From Candidatus Micrarchaeota archaeon (GTDB lineage Archaea > B1Sed10-29 > B47-G15), in contig QMVG01000001.1 in NCBI GenBank assembly GCA_003660975.1, positions 96,001 to 160,000 on the forward strand: DNA of 64,000 nucleotides. The letters run 5' to 3'. A program made the position numbers and the translations under genes. Shown piece after piece: positions 1 to 10,352 of this stretch (position 1 is the stretch's first letter; every line of letters begins with the position of its first letter). Below the pieces are notes generated by a model. The model ran no database searches. It was not told where the DNA came from and worked only from the letters and a program-made list of their open reading frames with translations.

Positions 1-371
1 GGGGAGATGTAGTGGGACATCCAGAGAACCCCCCAACAGTTGCGGAAGAATTCACAGCGCAAATAGTGGTGTTGAATCACCCAACTGCAATAACCGTTGG
101 TTATCAGCCAGTTATTCACTGCCATACAGCACAGGTTGCTTGCAGTGTTACTGAGATAGTCAAGAAAATAGATCCAAAAACAGGACAAGCATTGGAGGAA
201 AAGCCAGATTTCATAAAGACAGGGGATGTGGCAGTTGTAAAGTTCAAACCAACAAGGCCAATGGTAGTAGAGAGATCGCAGGACTTCCCACAGCTGGGAA
301 GATTTGCAGTCAGGGATATGGGAAGAACGATTGCAGCAGGCATGGTGATAGATGTAAAGAAGAAGGCCTAA
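1..371 (+). CDS. tuf: Elongation factor EF-1alpha, C-terminal part (5' truncated by window)
   Basis: Domain III motifs [22 protein letters not shown] and [18 protein letters not shown]; directly upstream of S10. Confidence 0.97.
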   Translation, partial: GDVVGHPENPPTVAEEFTAQIVVLNHPTAITVGYQPVIHCHTAQVACSVTEIVKKIDPKTGQALEEKPDFIKTGDVAVVKFKPTRPMVVERSQDFPQLGRFAVRDMGRTIAAGMVIDVKKKA

Positions 372-396
372 CCCCTCTTTCTCCCTTTTTCTCATT

Positions 397-723
397 ATGG
401 TGAAAAGAATGACGCAGATTGCGAGTATAAAGCTAATAAGCCCTGATTACAAGAAGTTAGAAGAAGTGTGCAATGAGATAAAATCAATAGCCTCAAAAAC
501 GGGAGCCAAGGTATCAGGACCTATCCCTTTACCTACCAAAAAACTTGTTGTTCCAACTATGAAAAGCCCTTGCGGTGATGGTAGTGAGACGTATGAACAC
601 TGGCAGATGAGAATCCACAAGAGGCTGATAAACATACAGGCTGATGAAAGGACACTTAGGCAAATAATGAGAGTTCAGGTGCCAGATCAAGTACACATAG
701 AGATCGAATTGAGAAATGCGTAG
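397..723 (+). CDS. rps10: 30S ribosomal protein uS10
   Basis: [11 protein letters not shown]...[22 protein letters not shown]. Confidence 0.97.
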   Translation: MVKRMTQIASIKLISPDYKKLEEVCNEIKSIASKTGAKVSGPIPLPTKKLVVPTMKSPCGDGSETYEHWQMRIHKRLINIQADERTLRQIMRVQVPDQVHIEIELRNA

Positions 724-777
724 GCAAACGCTTTTTTATATCTCTTATTAATAATTTATACGCCTAGAAATATCTAT

Positions 778-859
778 GCCGGGGTGGCAGAGTGGTAATG
801 CGCACGCCTTGAGAGCGTGTGCCCTTCGGGGCATGTGGGTTCGAATCCCACCCCCGGCG
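778..859 (+). tRNA. tRNA-Ser(TGA)
   Basis: GCCGGGG/CCCCGGC acceptor stem, anticodon arm CACGC-CTTGAGA-GCGTG, long variable arm, TTCGAAT T-loop; CCA not encoded. Confidence 0.95.
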
Positions 860-894
860 TAAGCTTTTTTATCTTCGCTTGTTATTACTTAGTT

Positions 895-1596
895 ATGTCA
901 CTGAGAGCCAGAAAAAAACTTGAAGACATAGAAAAAAGAGAGAGGGGAAAGAAAAAGGAGGAATGGCTGAAAAGATGGAATGACTACAAAGCAGAGAAAA
1001 GGAAAAGCAAGGAAACAGAGATATTTCTAATAACTCATCCCTTGGCCCATTCTAGGCACTTTAGTAAAAAAGAGAAGGAAAGGATGCTAGAGGTATACAG
1101 ATATGACGTTGAGAGAGCTATGAGTAATGAAAATGCTATTGTTGTCATGCAAAATGTGCCACAGGAACTTAGGGAGGAGGTTAAAAGGCTTAGGTTTAGG
1201 GATAAATTTTTTACGTTGGATGAGATAAAAGAGGGCAAGGTAGCTGTTGGAAAAAACGCAAAGCTTATTGTAAGGGGAGAATATATGGACATATGTGCCT
1301 CAACAGAAGCAGGATTCATTGCTGCTAAATTTGGCCTAAAACCTGAAAATGTTAAGTTTGAGATAGATGAAGCTTATGTTGCAGATGATGTAAGGCACTA
1401 TGCAATACATTTGAACTCAAAACAAGCTTTCAACAATTTTCTAAAGGGGTTCCTGCTTGGAAAAAGGAGAATGAGTAAAAAAGAATTAGAAAGGTTAAAA
1501 AGCAACTGGGAGAGGATATTTGACATAGAACATGGGCTCCACAAGAAGAGATTATGGCTTGCCCATGAAAAGGCAAGGAGGAAAAGGAATGTTTGA
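895..1596 (+). CDS. Hypothetical basic protein
   Basis: 234-codon ORF from ATG 895 with host-like codon usage; overlaps the archease start. Confidence 0.7.
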   Translation: MSLRARKKLEDIEKRERGKKKEEWLKRWNDYKAEKRKSKETEIFLITHPLAHSRHFSKKEKERMLEVYRYDVERAMSNENAIVVMQNVPQELREEVKRLRFRDKFFTLDEIKEGKVAVGKNAKLIVRGEYMDICASTEAGFIAAKFGLKPENVKFEIDEAYVADDVRHYAIHLNSKQAFNNFLKGFLLGKRRMSKKELERLKSNWERIFDIEHGLHKKRLWLAHEKARRKRNV

Positions 1597-1996
1597 AACC
1601 TTTGAGCATAAGGCAGACATTGGTGTTAGGGGCATTGGAAAGACAATTGAGGAGGCTTTTGAGGAAGCAGCTAAAGCCATGTTCTCAATAATGTTTGACA
1701 TAAATTGCATTGAAAAAAAGGAGAAAGTAACATTGAAATGCAATGGAGATGATTTAGAGATGTTGCTTGTTGAGTGGCTTAATACCTTGCTTGCTGAAGC
1801 AGACCTAAGAGGCCTTGCATTTTCTGAATTCAGGGCAAAGATAGAGCAGAACAGTTTAAAAGGTGAGGCATATGGTGAAAAGTTAAATGTAAAGAAACAC
1901 AAAGCAAAGACAGAGGTCAAAGCAGCCACGTATTCAAATCTCAAGGTTTATGAGGATAATGGAAGATGGATTGCTGAGTGTATCGTAGATGTATAG
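1589..1996 (+). CDS. Archease
   Basis: FEHKADIG N-terminus, EVKAATY, C-terminal IVDV; adjacent to rtcB. Confidence 0.95.
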   Translation: MFETFEHKADIGVRGIGKTIEEAFEEAAKAMFSIMFDINCIEKKEKVTLKCNGDDLEMLLVEWLNTLLAEADLRGLAFSEFRAKIEQNSLKGEAYGEKLNVKKHKAKTEVKAATYSNLKVYEDNGRWIAECIVDV

Positions 1997-3436
1997 GTGA
2001 AGACTGTGGACCCATCATTATTTAAAAAAATAAGTGAATATGAGTGGGAAATTGAAAAGCAGGGAGAGATGAACGTAAAGGCCAAAATATTTGCCTCAGA
2101 AAACTTGCTTCTGAAAATGGACGAAAAAGTAAAAGAGCAATTGATGAATGTAGCTTCCTTGCCTGGCATTGTAGAAGCTGCAATGGCAATGAGTGATGCC
2201 CATTGGGGTTATGGTTTTCCCATAGGCGGCGTGGCTGCGTTTGACGGAAATGAAGGGGGAGTGCTAAGTGTTGGAGGGGTTGGCTTTGATATAAACTGCG
2301 GTGTGAGGACCATGTCAACTAACTTATCAGTAGATGACATAAAAGGAAAAGAAGAGATTATTGCAGATGCTCTTTTCAAAAATGTTCCTGCTGGTTTGGG
2401 AAGTACTGGAAAAATTAAGCTAAATCTCTATGGCATTGATGAGGTGCTCAGAGGAGGAGCAGAGTGGGCTGTTGATAAGGGTTATGGGATCCCGGAAGAT
2501 TTGAATTTCATTGAAGAGAATGGAAAAATGGAAAACGCTGACCCCTCAAAGGTCTCGGATATGGCAAAAAAGAGGCAATTTAAAGAAGTTGGAACCTTGG
2601 GAAGCGGCAACCATTACCTAGAGGTTCAGGTTGTAGATAAGATATATGATGAAAAACTGGCTAAAAAACTTGGATTTTTTGAAGGGAAGGTCATGGTATC
2701 ATTCCACACAGGGTCAAGGGCATTGGGGCATCAAATAGGCATGGATTACTTGAAAATATTGGCCCATGCCTCCAAGAAATATGGGATAAAAATTAGAGAT
2801 AGGGAGCTTGTCTGTGCTCCTATCAGCTCAAAGGAAGGTCAAGATTACTTTGCTGCTGTAAACGCAGGTATGAATTGTGCATTCGCTAATAGACAGGTGA
2901 TAGCACATCTTGTTAGGGAAAGTATAGAAAGCATAATACCACACGCAGAAGTAAAAACATTCTACGAAATAGGACATAACACCTGCAAGGTTGAAAAGCA
3001 TGTAATAGATGGTAAGGAAAGAAGCTTGTATGTTCACAGGAAGGGAGCTACCAGGGCTTTTGGTCCTAAAAGAAAAGAAATTCCAAAGGAATACAGGGAC
3101 ATGGGTCAACCTGTCTTAATAGGGGGAAGTATGGGCACATATTCATATATACTGCTTGGCACAGAATTGGGTATGAAAAAGGCATTTGGTAGTGCGTGTC
3201 ATGGTGCTGGAAGGAGCAAATCAAGAAGGCAGGCAAAAAGAGAACAGCGCGGTGAAGAGGTCATAAGAAAACTAAAGGAAAGAGGCATTGTTGTAAGATA
3301 TCATTCTGCTTCAGGTGTCGCGGAAGAGGCTCCTGAGGCATATAAAGATGTTGTTGAAGTTGTTGATAGCATAGCAAACGCAGGCCTTGCAAAGAAGTTA
3401 GTAAGGTTGAGGCCAATAATAAATGTGAAAGGATAA
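1997..3436 (+). CDS. rtcB: tRNA-splicing ligase RtcB
   Basis: DAHWGYGFPIGG, GFDINCG, GTLGSGNHYLE, HRKGATRAF, ACHGAGR, EEAPEAYK. Confidence 0.97.
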   Translation: MKTVDPSLFKKISEYEWEIEKQGEMNVKAKIFASENLLLKMDEKVKEQLMNVASLPGIVEAAMAMSDAHWGYGFPIGGVAAFDGNEGGVLSVGGVGFDINCGVRTMSTNLSVDDIKGKEEIIADALFKNVPAGLGSTGKIKLNLYGIDEVLRGGAEWAVDKGYGIPEDLNFIEENGKMENADPSKVSDMAKKRQFKEVGTLGSGNHYLEVQVVDKIYDEKLAKKLGFFEGKVMVSFHTGSRALGHQIGMDYLKILAHASKKYGIKIRDRELVCAPISSKEGQDYFAAVNAGMNCAFANRQVIAHLVRESIESIIPHAEVKTFYEIGHNTCKVEKHVIDGKERSLYVHRKGATRAFGPKRKEIPKEYRDMGQPVLIGGSMGTYSYILLGTELGMKKAFGSACHGAGRSKSRRQAKREQRGEEVIRKLKERGIVVRYHSASGVAEEAPEAYKDVVEVVDSIANAGLAKKLVRLRPIINVKG

Positions 3437-3565
3437 AAAGAAATCTTTATAAATAATACAGTACAAAATACTAGGCGAGTTATTATTTTTGTGACTCCTT
3501 TTGTCCGGCGTTGGGGGCCAAAGGCCTTTCTTGTTCAATGTTATTGATTTTCAATGTGATAAACA

Positions 3566-4555
3566 ATGGGAAAACGTAGTGGACCTAGAAGGGGAAGCTT
3601 GGCTTTCTACCCACGAAAGCGGGCTTCAAGGATTTACCCTACTGTTAAGACAGTAAAAGCAGATGGTGAGACAAAGCTTCCTGTTTTTGCTGGATACAAA
3701 GCAGGTATGACGCATATCATTGCTCTGGACACCTATCAGAATTCTCCAACATATGGCCATAAAATAAGCATACCTGTAACTATTGTTGAAACTCCTCCTT
3801 TAAGAATATTCGGTATAAGGCTTTACAAAAGCAATGATTATGGTGCTCTTAATTGCATTGGAGAATTACTTAGTGAGAAATTAGAAAAGGACCTTGGGAG
3901 AAAGATAACGCTTCCGAAAAAATATGACATTAAAAAAAGAGAGGAAGAAATAACAAAGGAGTTGAACGATGCTAAAAGCATCAGAGTCATGGTGCATACA
4001 CAACCAAGAAAGATAGGGCTCAAGAAAAAACCAGAGCTTTTTGAGATCCCTTTGCTTGGGAATACAATAGATGAGATGTGGAAATTCGCTAGAGAAATGC
4101 TTGGAAAAGATGTGGATATTTCTTCTGTGTTCAATGAGGGTGATTTTGTTGATGTTGTAGCTGTCACAAAAGGCAAGGGAACACAAGGCCCTGTGAAGAG
4201 GTTTGGCATCAAAATACAACCAAGAAAGAACAAGGGACATAGGAGATTCCCTGGAGCTATAGGGGCGTGGACTCCTTCCAGAGTTCTCTGGACGGTTCCG
4301 ATGCAAGGTCAGATGGGCTTCCAAAGGAGAACTGAGCTGAATAAGAGAATACTGAAAATCGGAGATAAGCCTGAAGAGATAAATCCAAAAGGAGGCATCC
4401 CGCACTATGGTCTTATAAGAGCTTCGTATGTTTTATTGCAAGGCAGTATCCCAGGCCCCAAAAAACGCTTGGTTGTGTTCAGAAAAGCAATAAGGCAAAA
4501 TAAAGAAAAGCCTATGCCCTCAATACTTGAAATCTCTTTGGAACCTAAGCAGTGA
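3566..4555 (+). CDS. rpl3: 50S ribosomal protein uL3
   Basis: PRRGSLAFYPRKRA, GYKAGMTH, TKGKGTQGPVKRFG. Confidence 0.97.
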   Translation: MGKRSGPRRGSLAFYPRKRASRIYPTVKTVKADGETKLPVFAGYKAGMTHIIALDTYQNSPTYGHKISIPVTIVETPPLRIFGIRLYKSNDYGALNCIGELLSEKLEKDLGRKITLPKKYDIKKREEEITKELNDAKSIRVMVHTQPRKIGLKKKPELFEIPLLGNTIDEMWKFAREMLGKDVDISSVFNEGDFVDVVAVTKGKGTQGPVKRFGIKIQPRKNKGHRRFPGAIGAWTPSRVLWTVPMQGQMGFQRRTELNKRILKIGDKPEEINPKGGIPHYGLIRASYVLLQGSIPGPKKRLVVFRKAIRQNKEKPMPSILEISLEPKQ

Positions 4556-4560
4556 TCTTT

Positions 4561-5367
4561 ATGAAAGCGAAAGTTTACTCATTGGACGGCCAGGTAAAAA
4601 AGGAGATAGAACTCCCTAAGGTATTTAATGAGAGTGTTAGGGATGATCTCATAAGAAGAGCTGTCCATGCTTTGCAGACTCACAGGCTCCAGCCCAAAGG
4701 CAGCTATCCCTTAGCAGGTCTGCAAACATCTGCAGAGTACATCGGCAGAAGGAGGGCGTTTAGGTCTGGGGCGACGAGAGGCATTTCGCGATTGCCTAGA
4801 GAAAAGTTAGGCGGAGGAGGTCTTGGAGAGGTTAAAAGAGTGCCCCATGCTAAGGGAGGAAGGAGGGCCCATCCACCTAAGGTAGAGCGCATCATCTATG
4901 AAAAAATAAACAAAAAAGAGCGAAAAAAGGCCTTGGCTTCTGCCGTTGCAGCAACTGGAAAGTTGGAACTTGTTAAGGAAAGGGGGCATAAGGTAGACGA
5001 AAAGAAGGGACTGCCACTGATTATAGAAAGCGGGATTGAAACTGTGAAGAAAAGTAAAGATGCGCTGAATGTTTTGCTTGCTTTGGGTTTGGCCAAAGAA
5101 CTTGAAAGAGCCTCAGAGAAAAAAATAAGAGCAGGAAAAGGCAAAACAAGAGGTAGAAAGTATAAGAGAAGGAAAGGGGTTTTGGTCGTCTTGAGCAATA
5201 AAGAAGCGCTGAAAGCCTTTAGGAATATCCAAGGTGTTGATGCTGAACTTGTTGAGAACTTGAATGTGGAATTGCTTGCCCCTGGCGGACAAGCTGGGAG
5301 ATTGACAGTTTTCAGTGAGAATGCTCTTAAAAAGTTAGATAAGGTCTGTGGTTTAAATGGTAGTTGA
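4561..5367 (+). CDS. rpl4: 50S ribosomal protein uL4
   Basis: GGRRAHPPK, IRAGKGKTRGRKY, LLAPGGQAGRLT. Confidence 0.96.
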   Translation: MKAKVYSLDGQVKKEIELPKVFNESVRDDLIRRAVHALQTHRLQPKGSYPLAGLQTSAEYIGRRRAFRSGATRGISRLPREKLGGGGLGEVKRVPHAKGGRRAHPPKVERIIYEKINKKERKKALASAVAATGKLELVKERGHKVDEKKGLPLIIESGIETVKKSKDALNVLLALGLAKELERASEKKIRAGKGKTRGRKYKRRKGVLVVLSNKEALKAFRNIQGVDAELVENLNVELLAPGGQAGRLTVFSENALKKLDKVCGLNGS

Positions 5368-5605
5368 GTATCCTTTGTTAACAGAAAAGGCAGTTGCTTT
5401 AATCGAAAAAGAGAATAAAATAGTGTTTATAGTAAATGACAAAGCGGCAAAGAGAGAAATCAAAGATGAAATTGAAAGACTGTATGATGTGAAGGTAGAG
5501 AGAGTTAATGTATTGAAAAGTATAAAAGGAAGGAAAAAAGCATATGTGAAACTTGCTGAGCCATACAAGGCTTCTGATTTAGCAACTAAATTAAAGATTA
5601 TATAA
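5357..5605 (+). CDS. rpl23: 50S ribosomal protein uL23
   Basis: PLLTEKA...KKAYVKL; operon position. Confidence 0.95.
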   Translation: MVVEYPLLTEKAVALIEKENKIVFIVNDKAAKREIKDEIERLYDVKVERVNVLKSIKGRKKAYVKLAEPYKASDLATKLKII

Positions 5606-5614
5606 GTGGTGTGC

Positions 5615-6325
5615 ATGGGAAAGCCGTTAATATCGCAAAGAAGAGGCAAAGGAAGTATCTCGTTTAGGGCACCTTCTCACCGCTTCAAAGTAGATTTGAA
5701 ATACAGAGATTATGATGATAAAACGATGAGGGCAGAGATAGTTAATTTTATAGACGATCCTGGCAGAACGGCGATACTGGCACTTGCCCAGTATGAGGAC
5801 GGAGAAAGAAGGGCATTGCTTGCTCCAGAAGGGATGGTAATAGGGCAAATTATAGAGGACGGCCCATCTGCTAAAGCAGAAATAGGCAATGTAATGCCTT
5901 TGATGCAGATTCCTGAAGGCTTTCCTGTGTTCAATATAGAAAGAAGTCCTGGAGATGGCGGGGCACTTGTCAGAAGCTCTGGTGCCTGCGCATTCATAAT
6001 AAGCAAAGATAAGAAAACAGCAACGATAAAACTGCCTTCTGGCAAAACAACCAGAGTTAACCTTAAATGCAGGGCCACTATTGGTTGTGCCTCCGGAGGT
6101 GGGAGGTTAGAAAAACCACTGCTCAAAGCAGGAAAAGGCCATTTCAAAAACAAAGCAAGAGGCCATTGGTATCCAACAGTGAGGGGCGTTCATATGAACC
6201 CTGTTGACCACCCATTTGGCGGAAAGCAGCACCACGGAGCAAAAACCAAGAAAGGGAAGGGTGGCGCTCCAGGTCAGCATGTTGGTAGTTTTGGGGCCAA
6301 GAGAACTGGTCGTAAGAAGAGGTAA
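5615..6325 (+). CDS. rpl2: 50S ribosomal protein uL2
   Basis: QRRGKGS, DPGRTA, VRGVHMNPVDHPFGG. Confidence 0.97.
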   Translation: MGKPLISQRRGKGSISFRAPSHRFKVDLKYRDYDDKTMRAEIVNFIDDPGRTAILALAQYEDGERRALLAPEGMVIGQIIEDGPSAKAEIGNVMPLMQIPEGFPVFNIERSPGDGGALVRSSGACAFIISKDKKTATIKLPSGKTTRVNLKCRATIGCASGGGRLEKPLLKAGKGHFKNKARGHWYPTVRGVHMNPVDHPFGGKQHHGAKTKKGKGGAPGQHVGSFGAKRTGRKKR

Positions 6326-6329
6326 TTGA

Positions 6330-6722
6330 ATGGCAAAGCAATTTACATACAAAGGCAAAACAATAGAAGAACTGAAACAGATGTCCTTAGATGATTTTGT
6401 AAAGCTATTACCAAGTGATCAGAGAAGAAGTTTCAGGAGAGCCAACTTTACAGAAAAATACAAAAAATTAATGAAAAAGATAGAAAAGAATAAGGGCAAG
6501 GACAAGCCAGTAAGAACCCATTATAGAGACATCATAATCACTCCTGAGATGGTCGGGGCTAAACTGGGCATTCACAATGGAAAGGAATGGGTTGTTGTTC
6601 AGATAACAGAGAAAATGCTTGGCCATAGGTTGGGGGAATTTGCGATTACGCGAAAGAGAGTCATACACTCTGGTCCTGGTATAGGAGCTACGAGAGGCAC
6701 CAAATTTGTCTCTGTAAAGTAA
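6330..6722 (+). CDS. rps19: 30S ribosomal protein uS19
   Basis: RTHYRD, MLGHRLGEF, HSGPGIGATR. Confidence 0.96.
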   Translation: MAKQFTYKGKTIEELKQMSLDDFVKLLPSDQRRSFRRANFTEKYKKLMKKIEKNKGKDKPVRTHYRDIIITPEMVGAKLGIHNGKEWVVVQITEKMLGHRLGEFAITRKRVIHSGPGIGATRGTKFVSVK

Positions 6723-6731
6723 GGTGAAGAT

Positions 6732-7166
6732 ATGGCGTACTCATATCAAGGCGATTGGGAAAAAACAGGCAAGGCGATGCTTAGGGACGCCAATGTATCT
6801 TGGAAAGATTGCAATGAAGTGTGCTACGCCATTAGGAATAAAAATGTAGACAAAGCTTTGAAATACCTGGATCGCGTTTTAAAAAAGCAGGACTTTATTC
6901 CATATAGGAGGTATCACAAGAAAAAGCCCCATAGAAAAGGAGGAACTCCTGGTGGATGGCCTATTAAGGCAGTAAAGCTTGTAAAGTCTGTTTTGGAAAA
7001 TGCGAAAGCAAATGCAGAAAATAAGGGCTTGGATGCTAACAAGCTGAAAATAGTTCATTCAACAGCCTACAAAACCATAACTCTTGAAAGGACCAAGCCA
7101 AAAGGCAAGGCGATTGCCCACAATATAGACCTGGCAACAATAGAGATAGTAGTTAAAGAGGTTTGA
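6732..7166 (+). CDS. rpl22: 50S ribosomal protein uL22
   Basis: GGWPIKA...LENAKANAENKGL; operon position. Confidence 0.94.
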   Translation: MAYSYQGDWEKTGKAMLRDANVSWKDCNEVCYAIRNKNVDKALKYLDRVLKKQDFIPYRRYHKKKPHRKGGTPGGWPIKAVKLVKSVLENAKANAENKGLDANKLKIVHSTAYKTITLERTKPKGKAIAHNIDLATIEIVVKEV

Positions 7167-7168
7167 TT

Positions 7169-7849
7169 ATGATAGAGAAAAATTTCATCAGTGACAGTAT
7201 CAAAAGAGAAAAGGCGAAGGATTTTATAAGGAAAGAAATGGCAAAAGCAGGCATTGTTGATGTGCATATACAAAGGACCACCTTAAACACAAGAATAATA
7301 ATATCAGCCGAGAGACCAGGTATAATAATAGGAAGAAAAGGTAGGGGAATCCTTGAACTAACACAGACTATTGAAAGGGACCTAGGAATTCAAAACCCAC
7401 AAATAGAGCTTGTGGATATTGGAAACCCAGATCTAGAACCGAATGTAATAGCCATGTGGATAGCCAGGATGCTTGAGAGAGGGTATAAGGCAAAAAAAGT
7501 AATGCAGAGGGCACTTTACAGAATCAAAAAAGCGAATGCCATGGGAGCAGAAATAATAATAAGAGGCACTATGCACAAGGGAATAAAATCTAGGCAGGAA
7601 AGAGTGGTGTTCGGTTACCTTAAAAAAGCCGGTAATGATACTAAGCACGTAAAAGAAGCCAAAACCCAGGCAAAACTAAAACAAGGCGTACTTGGAATAA
7701 CTGTTAGAATCGTGCCTCCTGACGTTATATTTGCTGATAAAATTAATATCGCGGAAATAATAAGAAAGGGAGAAGAAAATAAAACGGAGGATAAAAATGG
7801 CAATAATCAGGAAGAAAGAACTGAGAAGCATGGGGAAAGCAGAGCTTAA
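7169..7849 (+). CDS. rps3: 30S ribosomal protein uS3
   Basis: KH motif ERPGIIIGRKG, GYLKKAG, GVLGITVRI. Confidence 0.95.
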   Translation: MIEKNFISDSIKREKAKDFIRKEMAKAGIVDVHIQRTTLNTRIIISAERPGIIIGRKGRGILELTQTIERDLGIQNPQIELVDIGNPDLEPNVIAMWIARMLERGYKAKKVMQRALYRIKKANAMGAEIIIRGTMHKGIKSRQERVVFGYLKKAGNDTKHVKEAKTQAKLKQGVLGITVRIVPPDVIFADKINIAEIIRKGEENKTEDKNGNNQEERTEKHGESRA

Positions 7850-8003
7850 GGAGAAACTTGAGCAATTAAGAGCAGAGCTCAGAAGAGAAAAAGGAGCAGT
7901 TGCTAGCGGGACAAAGGCAGAGAATCCGGGAAGGATAAAAGAAATAAAAAGAACAATCGCTAGAATATTAACAATCCTTCGTGAAAGAGGTGCTGAAGAG
8001 TAG
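7797..8003 (+). CDS. rpl29: 50S ribosomal protein uL29
   Basis: ENPGRIKEIKRTIARILT. Confidence 0.94.
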   Translation: MAIIRKKELRSMGKAELKEKLEQLRAELRREKGAVASGTKAENPGRIKEIKRTIARILTILRERGAEE

Positions 8004-8309
8004 ATGGGTGAAATTTGTCCTGTATGTGGCCTTCCAAAGGAACTTTGCGTTTGCAAAGAGATAACTAAAGAAAGCGCTAAAATAAAGATAAGCACTGAGA
8101 GAAAGAAGTTCAAAAAGTACATGACGATAATAGAGGGCTTTGATGATGGAGCAGATATCACTGCAATAGGCAGAGAGTTCAAGAAGAAACTTGCGTGTGG
8201 AGGCACAATAAAAAATAAGCGCATTGAACTACAAGGAGACCATAGGGAAAAAGTAAAACAAATGCTACTAGAAATGGGTTATGATGAAAAACAAATCGAA
8301 GTGTACTGA
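8004..8309 (+). CDS. sui1: Translation initiation factor aIF-1 (SUI1)
   Basis: CPVCGLPKELCVC, KKKLACGGT, IELQGDHR. Confidence 0.95.
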   Translation: MGEICPVCGLPKELCVCKEITKESAKIKISTERKKFKKYMTIIEGFDDGADITAIGREFKKKLACGGTIKNKRIELQGDHREKVKQMLLEMGYDEKQIEVY

Positions 8310-8592
8310 AGCAGAAATATTGATGGGAGAGCTCATAGGAAGACAAGTTCAAATAATAAAGAGTTGCCAACGTAACCTAATAGGTAAACAGGGAAAAATC
8401 GTTGATGAAACAATGAAGCTGTTAACAATAAGAGATGGCAGGAAAGAAATTAAAGTTCCAAAAAGCGTTTGTGTCTTTCGTTTTCAATGCTCTGAAGGGA
8501 GCATTGATATTGATGGAAGAAAACTAGCGTATAGGCCTGAGGAAAGGATAAAGAAGCACTGGAGGAAGTTTAATGGAAAAATGCACAGATAA
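8281..8592 (+). CDS. rnp1: Ribonuclease P protein subunit Rpp29
   Basis: ELIG...GKIVDET...RPEER; canonical position between SUI1 and S17. Confidence 0.9.
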   Translation: MMKNKSKCTEAEILMGELIGRQVQIIKSCQRNLIGKQGKIVDETMKLLTIRDGRKEIKVPKSVCVFRFQCSEGSIDIDGRKLAYRPEERIKKHWRKFNGKMHR

Positions 8593-8869
8593 GAACTGCC
8601 CCTTTCATGGGAAGCTAAAGGTAAGGGGCGCAAGCATAGAGGGGGTTGTGGTTAGCGATAAAGCTAAAAACACTGTTACTGTGGAAAGGGAATATCTGCA
8701 ATACATACCGAAATATGAGAGGTATGAAAGAAGAAAAACCAAGGTTCATGCTCACAAACCTGCTTGTATGAAGGTTAAGGTTGGAGATAGAGTCATAATA
8801 AGAGAGTGCAGGAAAATAAGCAAAACAAAGTCGTTTGTAGTAACTAAAGTCTTGGGTGAAAAGAAATGA
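8573..8869 (+). CDS. rps17: 30S ribosomal protein uS17
   Basis: [31 protein letters not shown]. Confidence 0.96.
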   Translation: MEKCTDKNCPFHGKLKVRGASIEGVVVSDKAKNTVTVEREYLQYIPKYERYERRKTKVHAHKPACMKVKVGDRVIIRECRKISKTKSFVVTKVLGEKK

Positions 8870-9264
8870 GAGCAATACAAGCTCATATGACTGGCGGTTT
8901 AAGTATTGGTTCAAAAGTGAAGTGCGTGGACAATTCAGGAGTTAAAGAACTGAAAATCATTGCCAAAGAGGGATACAAAGGCAGAAGGAGGAGAAGGCCT
9001 GATATTGGTGTTGCTGACGTCTTTGTCGCATCAGTCATAAAAGGCAAGGTAAGGATGAGAAAGAAAAAGGTGCGGGCTGTCATCGTTAGGCAGAGAAAAG
9101 AGTATAGAAGGGCAAGTGGAGAGCGTGTTAAGTTTGAGGATAATGCTGCAGTTCTCATCAATGAAAAAAACGAACCAGTGGCAAGTGAAATAAAAGGAGC
9201 AATTGCTAGGGAAGTTGCTCAGCGCTTCCCAAGGATTGCTACGATTGCTAAAATTGTTGTGTGA
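8866..9264 (+). CDS. rpl14: 50S ribosomal protein uL14
   Basis: [21 protein letters not shown]. Confidence 0.96.
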   Translation: MRAIQAHMTGGLSIGSKVKCVDNSGVKELKIIAKEGYKGRRRRRPDIGVADVFVASVIKGKVRMRKKKVRAVIVRQRKEYRRASGERVKFEDNAAVLINEKNEPVASEIKGAIAREVAQRFPRIATIAKIVV

Positions 9265-9269
9265 TGTTT

Positions 9270-9623
9270 ATGGTGATTAGCAGAAAGCCAAGAAAAAAGA
9301 GGCAGGCAGTTGCCAATGCAAAAATGCATTTGAGAAGGAAATTAATAAAGTGCACGCTAAGCAAGGAATTGAGGGAAAAATATAACAGGAGGAACATAAC
9401 TCCAAGAAAAGGGGATGAAGTAAAGGTCATGAGAGGGAAATATAAAGGTAAGACAGGAAAGGTTATCAAGGTAAGTTATTCACTGGGCAAGGTTGGGATT
9501 GATTCAATAACGAGAAAAAGAAAAAACGGCAAGGAAGTTCCTATATTATTGCAGCCATCCAATCTGATGATAACTTCTCTTGATGAAAGTGACAAAAGAA
9601 GGAGAGTAATGTTGAAGAAGTGA
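9270..9623 (+). CDS. rpl24: 50S ribosomal protein uL24
   Basis: KOW motif RKGDEVKVMRGKYKG; start codon uncertain (9261-9270). Confidence 0.94.
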   Translation: MVISRKPRKKRQAVANAKMHLRRKLIKCTLSKELREKYNRRNITPRKGDEVKVMRGKYKGKTGKVIKVSYSLGKVGIDSITRKRKNGKEVPILLQPSNLMITSLDESDKRRRVMLKK

Positions 9624-9627
9624 TAGA

Positions 9628-10350
9628 ATGGCGAGAATGGGAGAGAAAAAACAGTTGAAAAAATTGGCAAGTCCGGTATCCTGGCCTATTCAAAGGAAAG
9701 ATAAAAAGTGGACTGTTAAGCCATCTGCTGGGGCATATCCAGCAAAAGAAGCGATCCCCATAAAAGTAGTTATACAGGACATATTAAAACTGGCTGACAG
9801 GAGTAAGGAAGCTGTCTCCATTCTTAAAAAAGGCATGGTTTTGGTTGACGGTAAGCCTGCAAAGGACAAAAAACTGCCTGTTGGGCTTATGAGTATAATT
9901 AGCATCCCAAAACTCGGAAAGCATTACAGAATATTTTACACCGAAAAAGGAAAGATAACACTCAATGAGATCAAAGAAAAAGAAGCTAGTAGCAAACTGT
10001 GCAAGATAAAGAACAAACACAAGATTAAAGGAGGAAAAATACAGCTAACTCTTCATGACGGTAGAAACATTATTGTTAAAAGCAACGATTACAAGACAGG
10101 CGATGTTCTGGAAATAGAGGTGCCTAGTCAAAAAATAAAGAAACATTATGCTCTCAAAAAGGGCAATCTGGCTTTAATCACAGGTGGAAAGCACTCTGGA
10201 GAGATAGGAAGAATAGAGGAGATTCAAAAAGGCACTATAAACAGAGAGCCTACAGTTGTGATAAAAACCAAGGAAGAGACACTAATTACTCCAAAGCGCT
10301 ATGTTTTTGTTATAGGAGAGGAAAAACCTGTAATAAGCTTGGGTAGATAG
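9628..10350 (+). CDS. rps4e: 30S ribosomal protein eS4
   Basis: LKKLASPVSWPIQRK, QLTLHDGRN, ITGGKHSG. Confidence 0.95.
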   Translation: MARMGEKKQLKKLASPVSWPIQRKDKKWTVKPSAGAYPAKEAIPIKVVIQDILKLADRSKEAVSILKKGMVLVDGKPAKDKKLPVGLMSIISIPKLGKHYRIFYTEKGKITLNEIKEKEASSKLCKIKNKHKIKGGKIQLTLHDGRNIIVKSNDYKTGDVLEIEVPSQKIKKHYALKKGNLALITGGKHSGEIGRIEEIQKGTINREPTVVIKTKEETLITPKRYVFVIGEEKPVISLGR

Positions 10351-10352
10351 AT

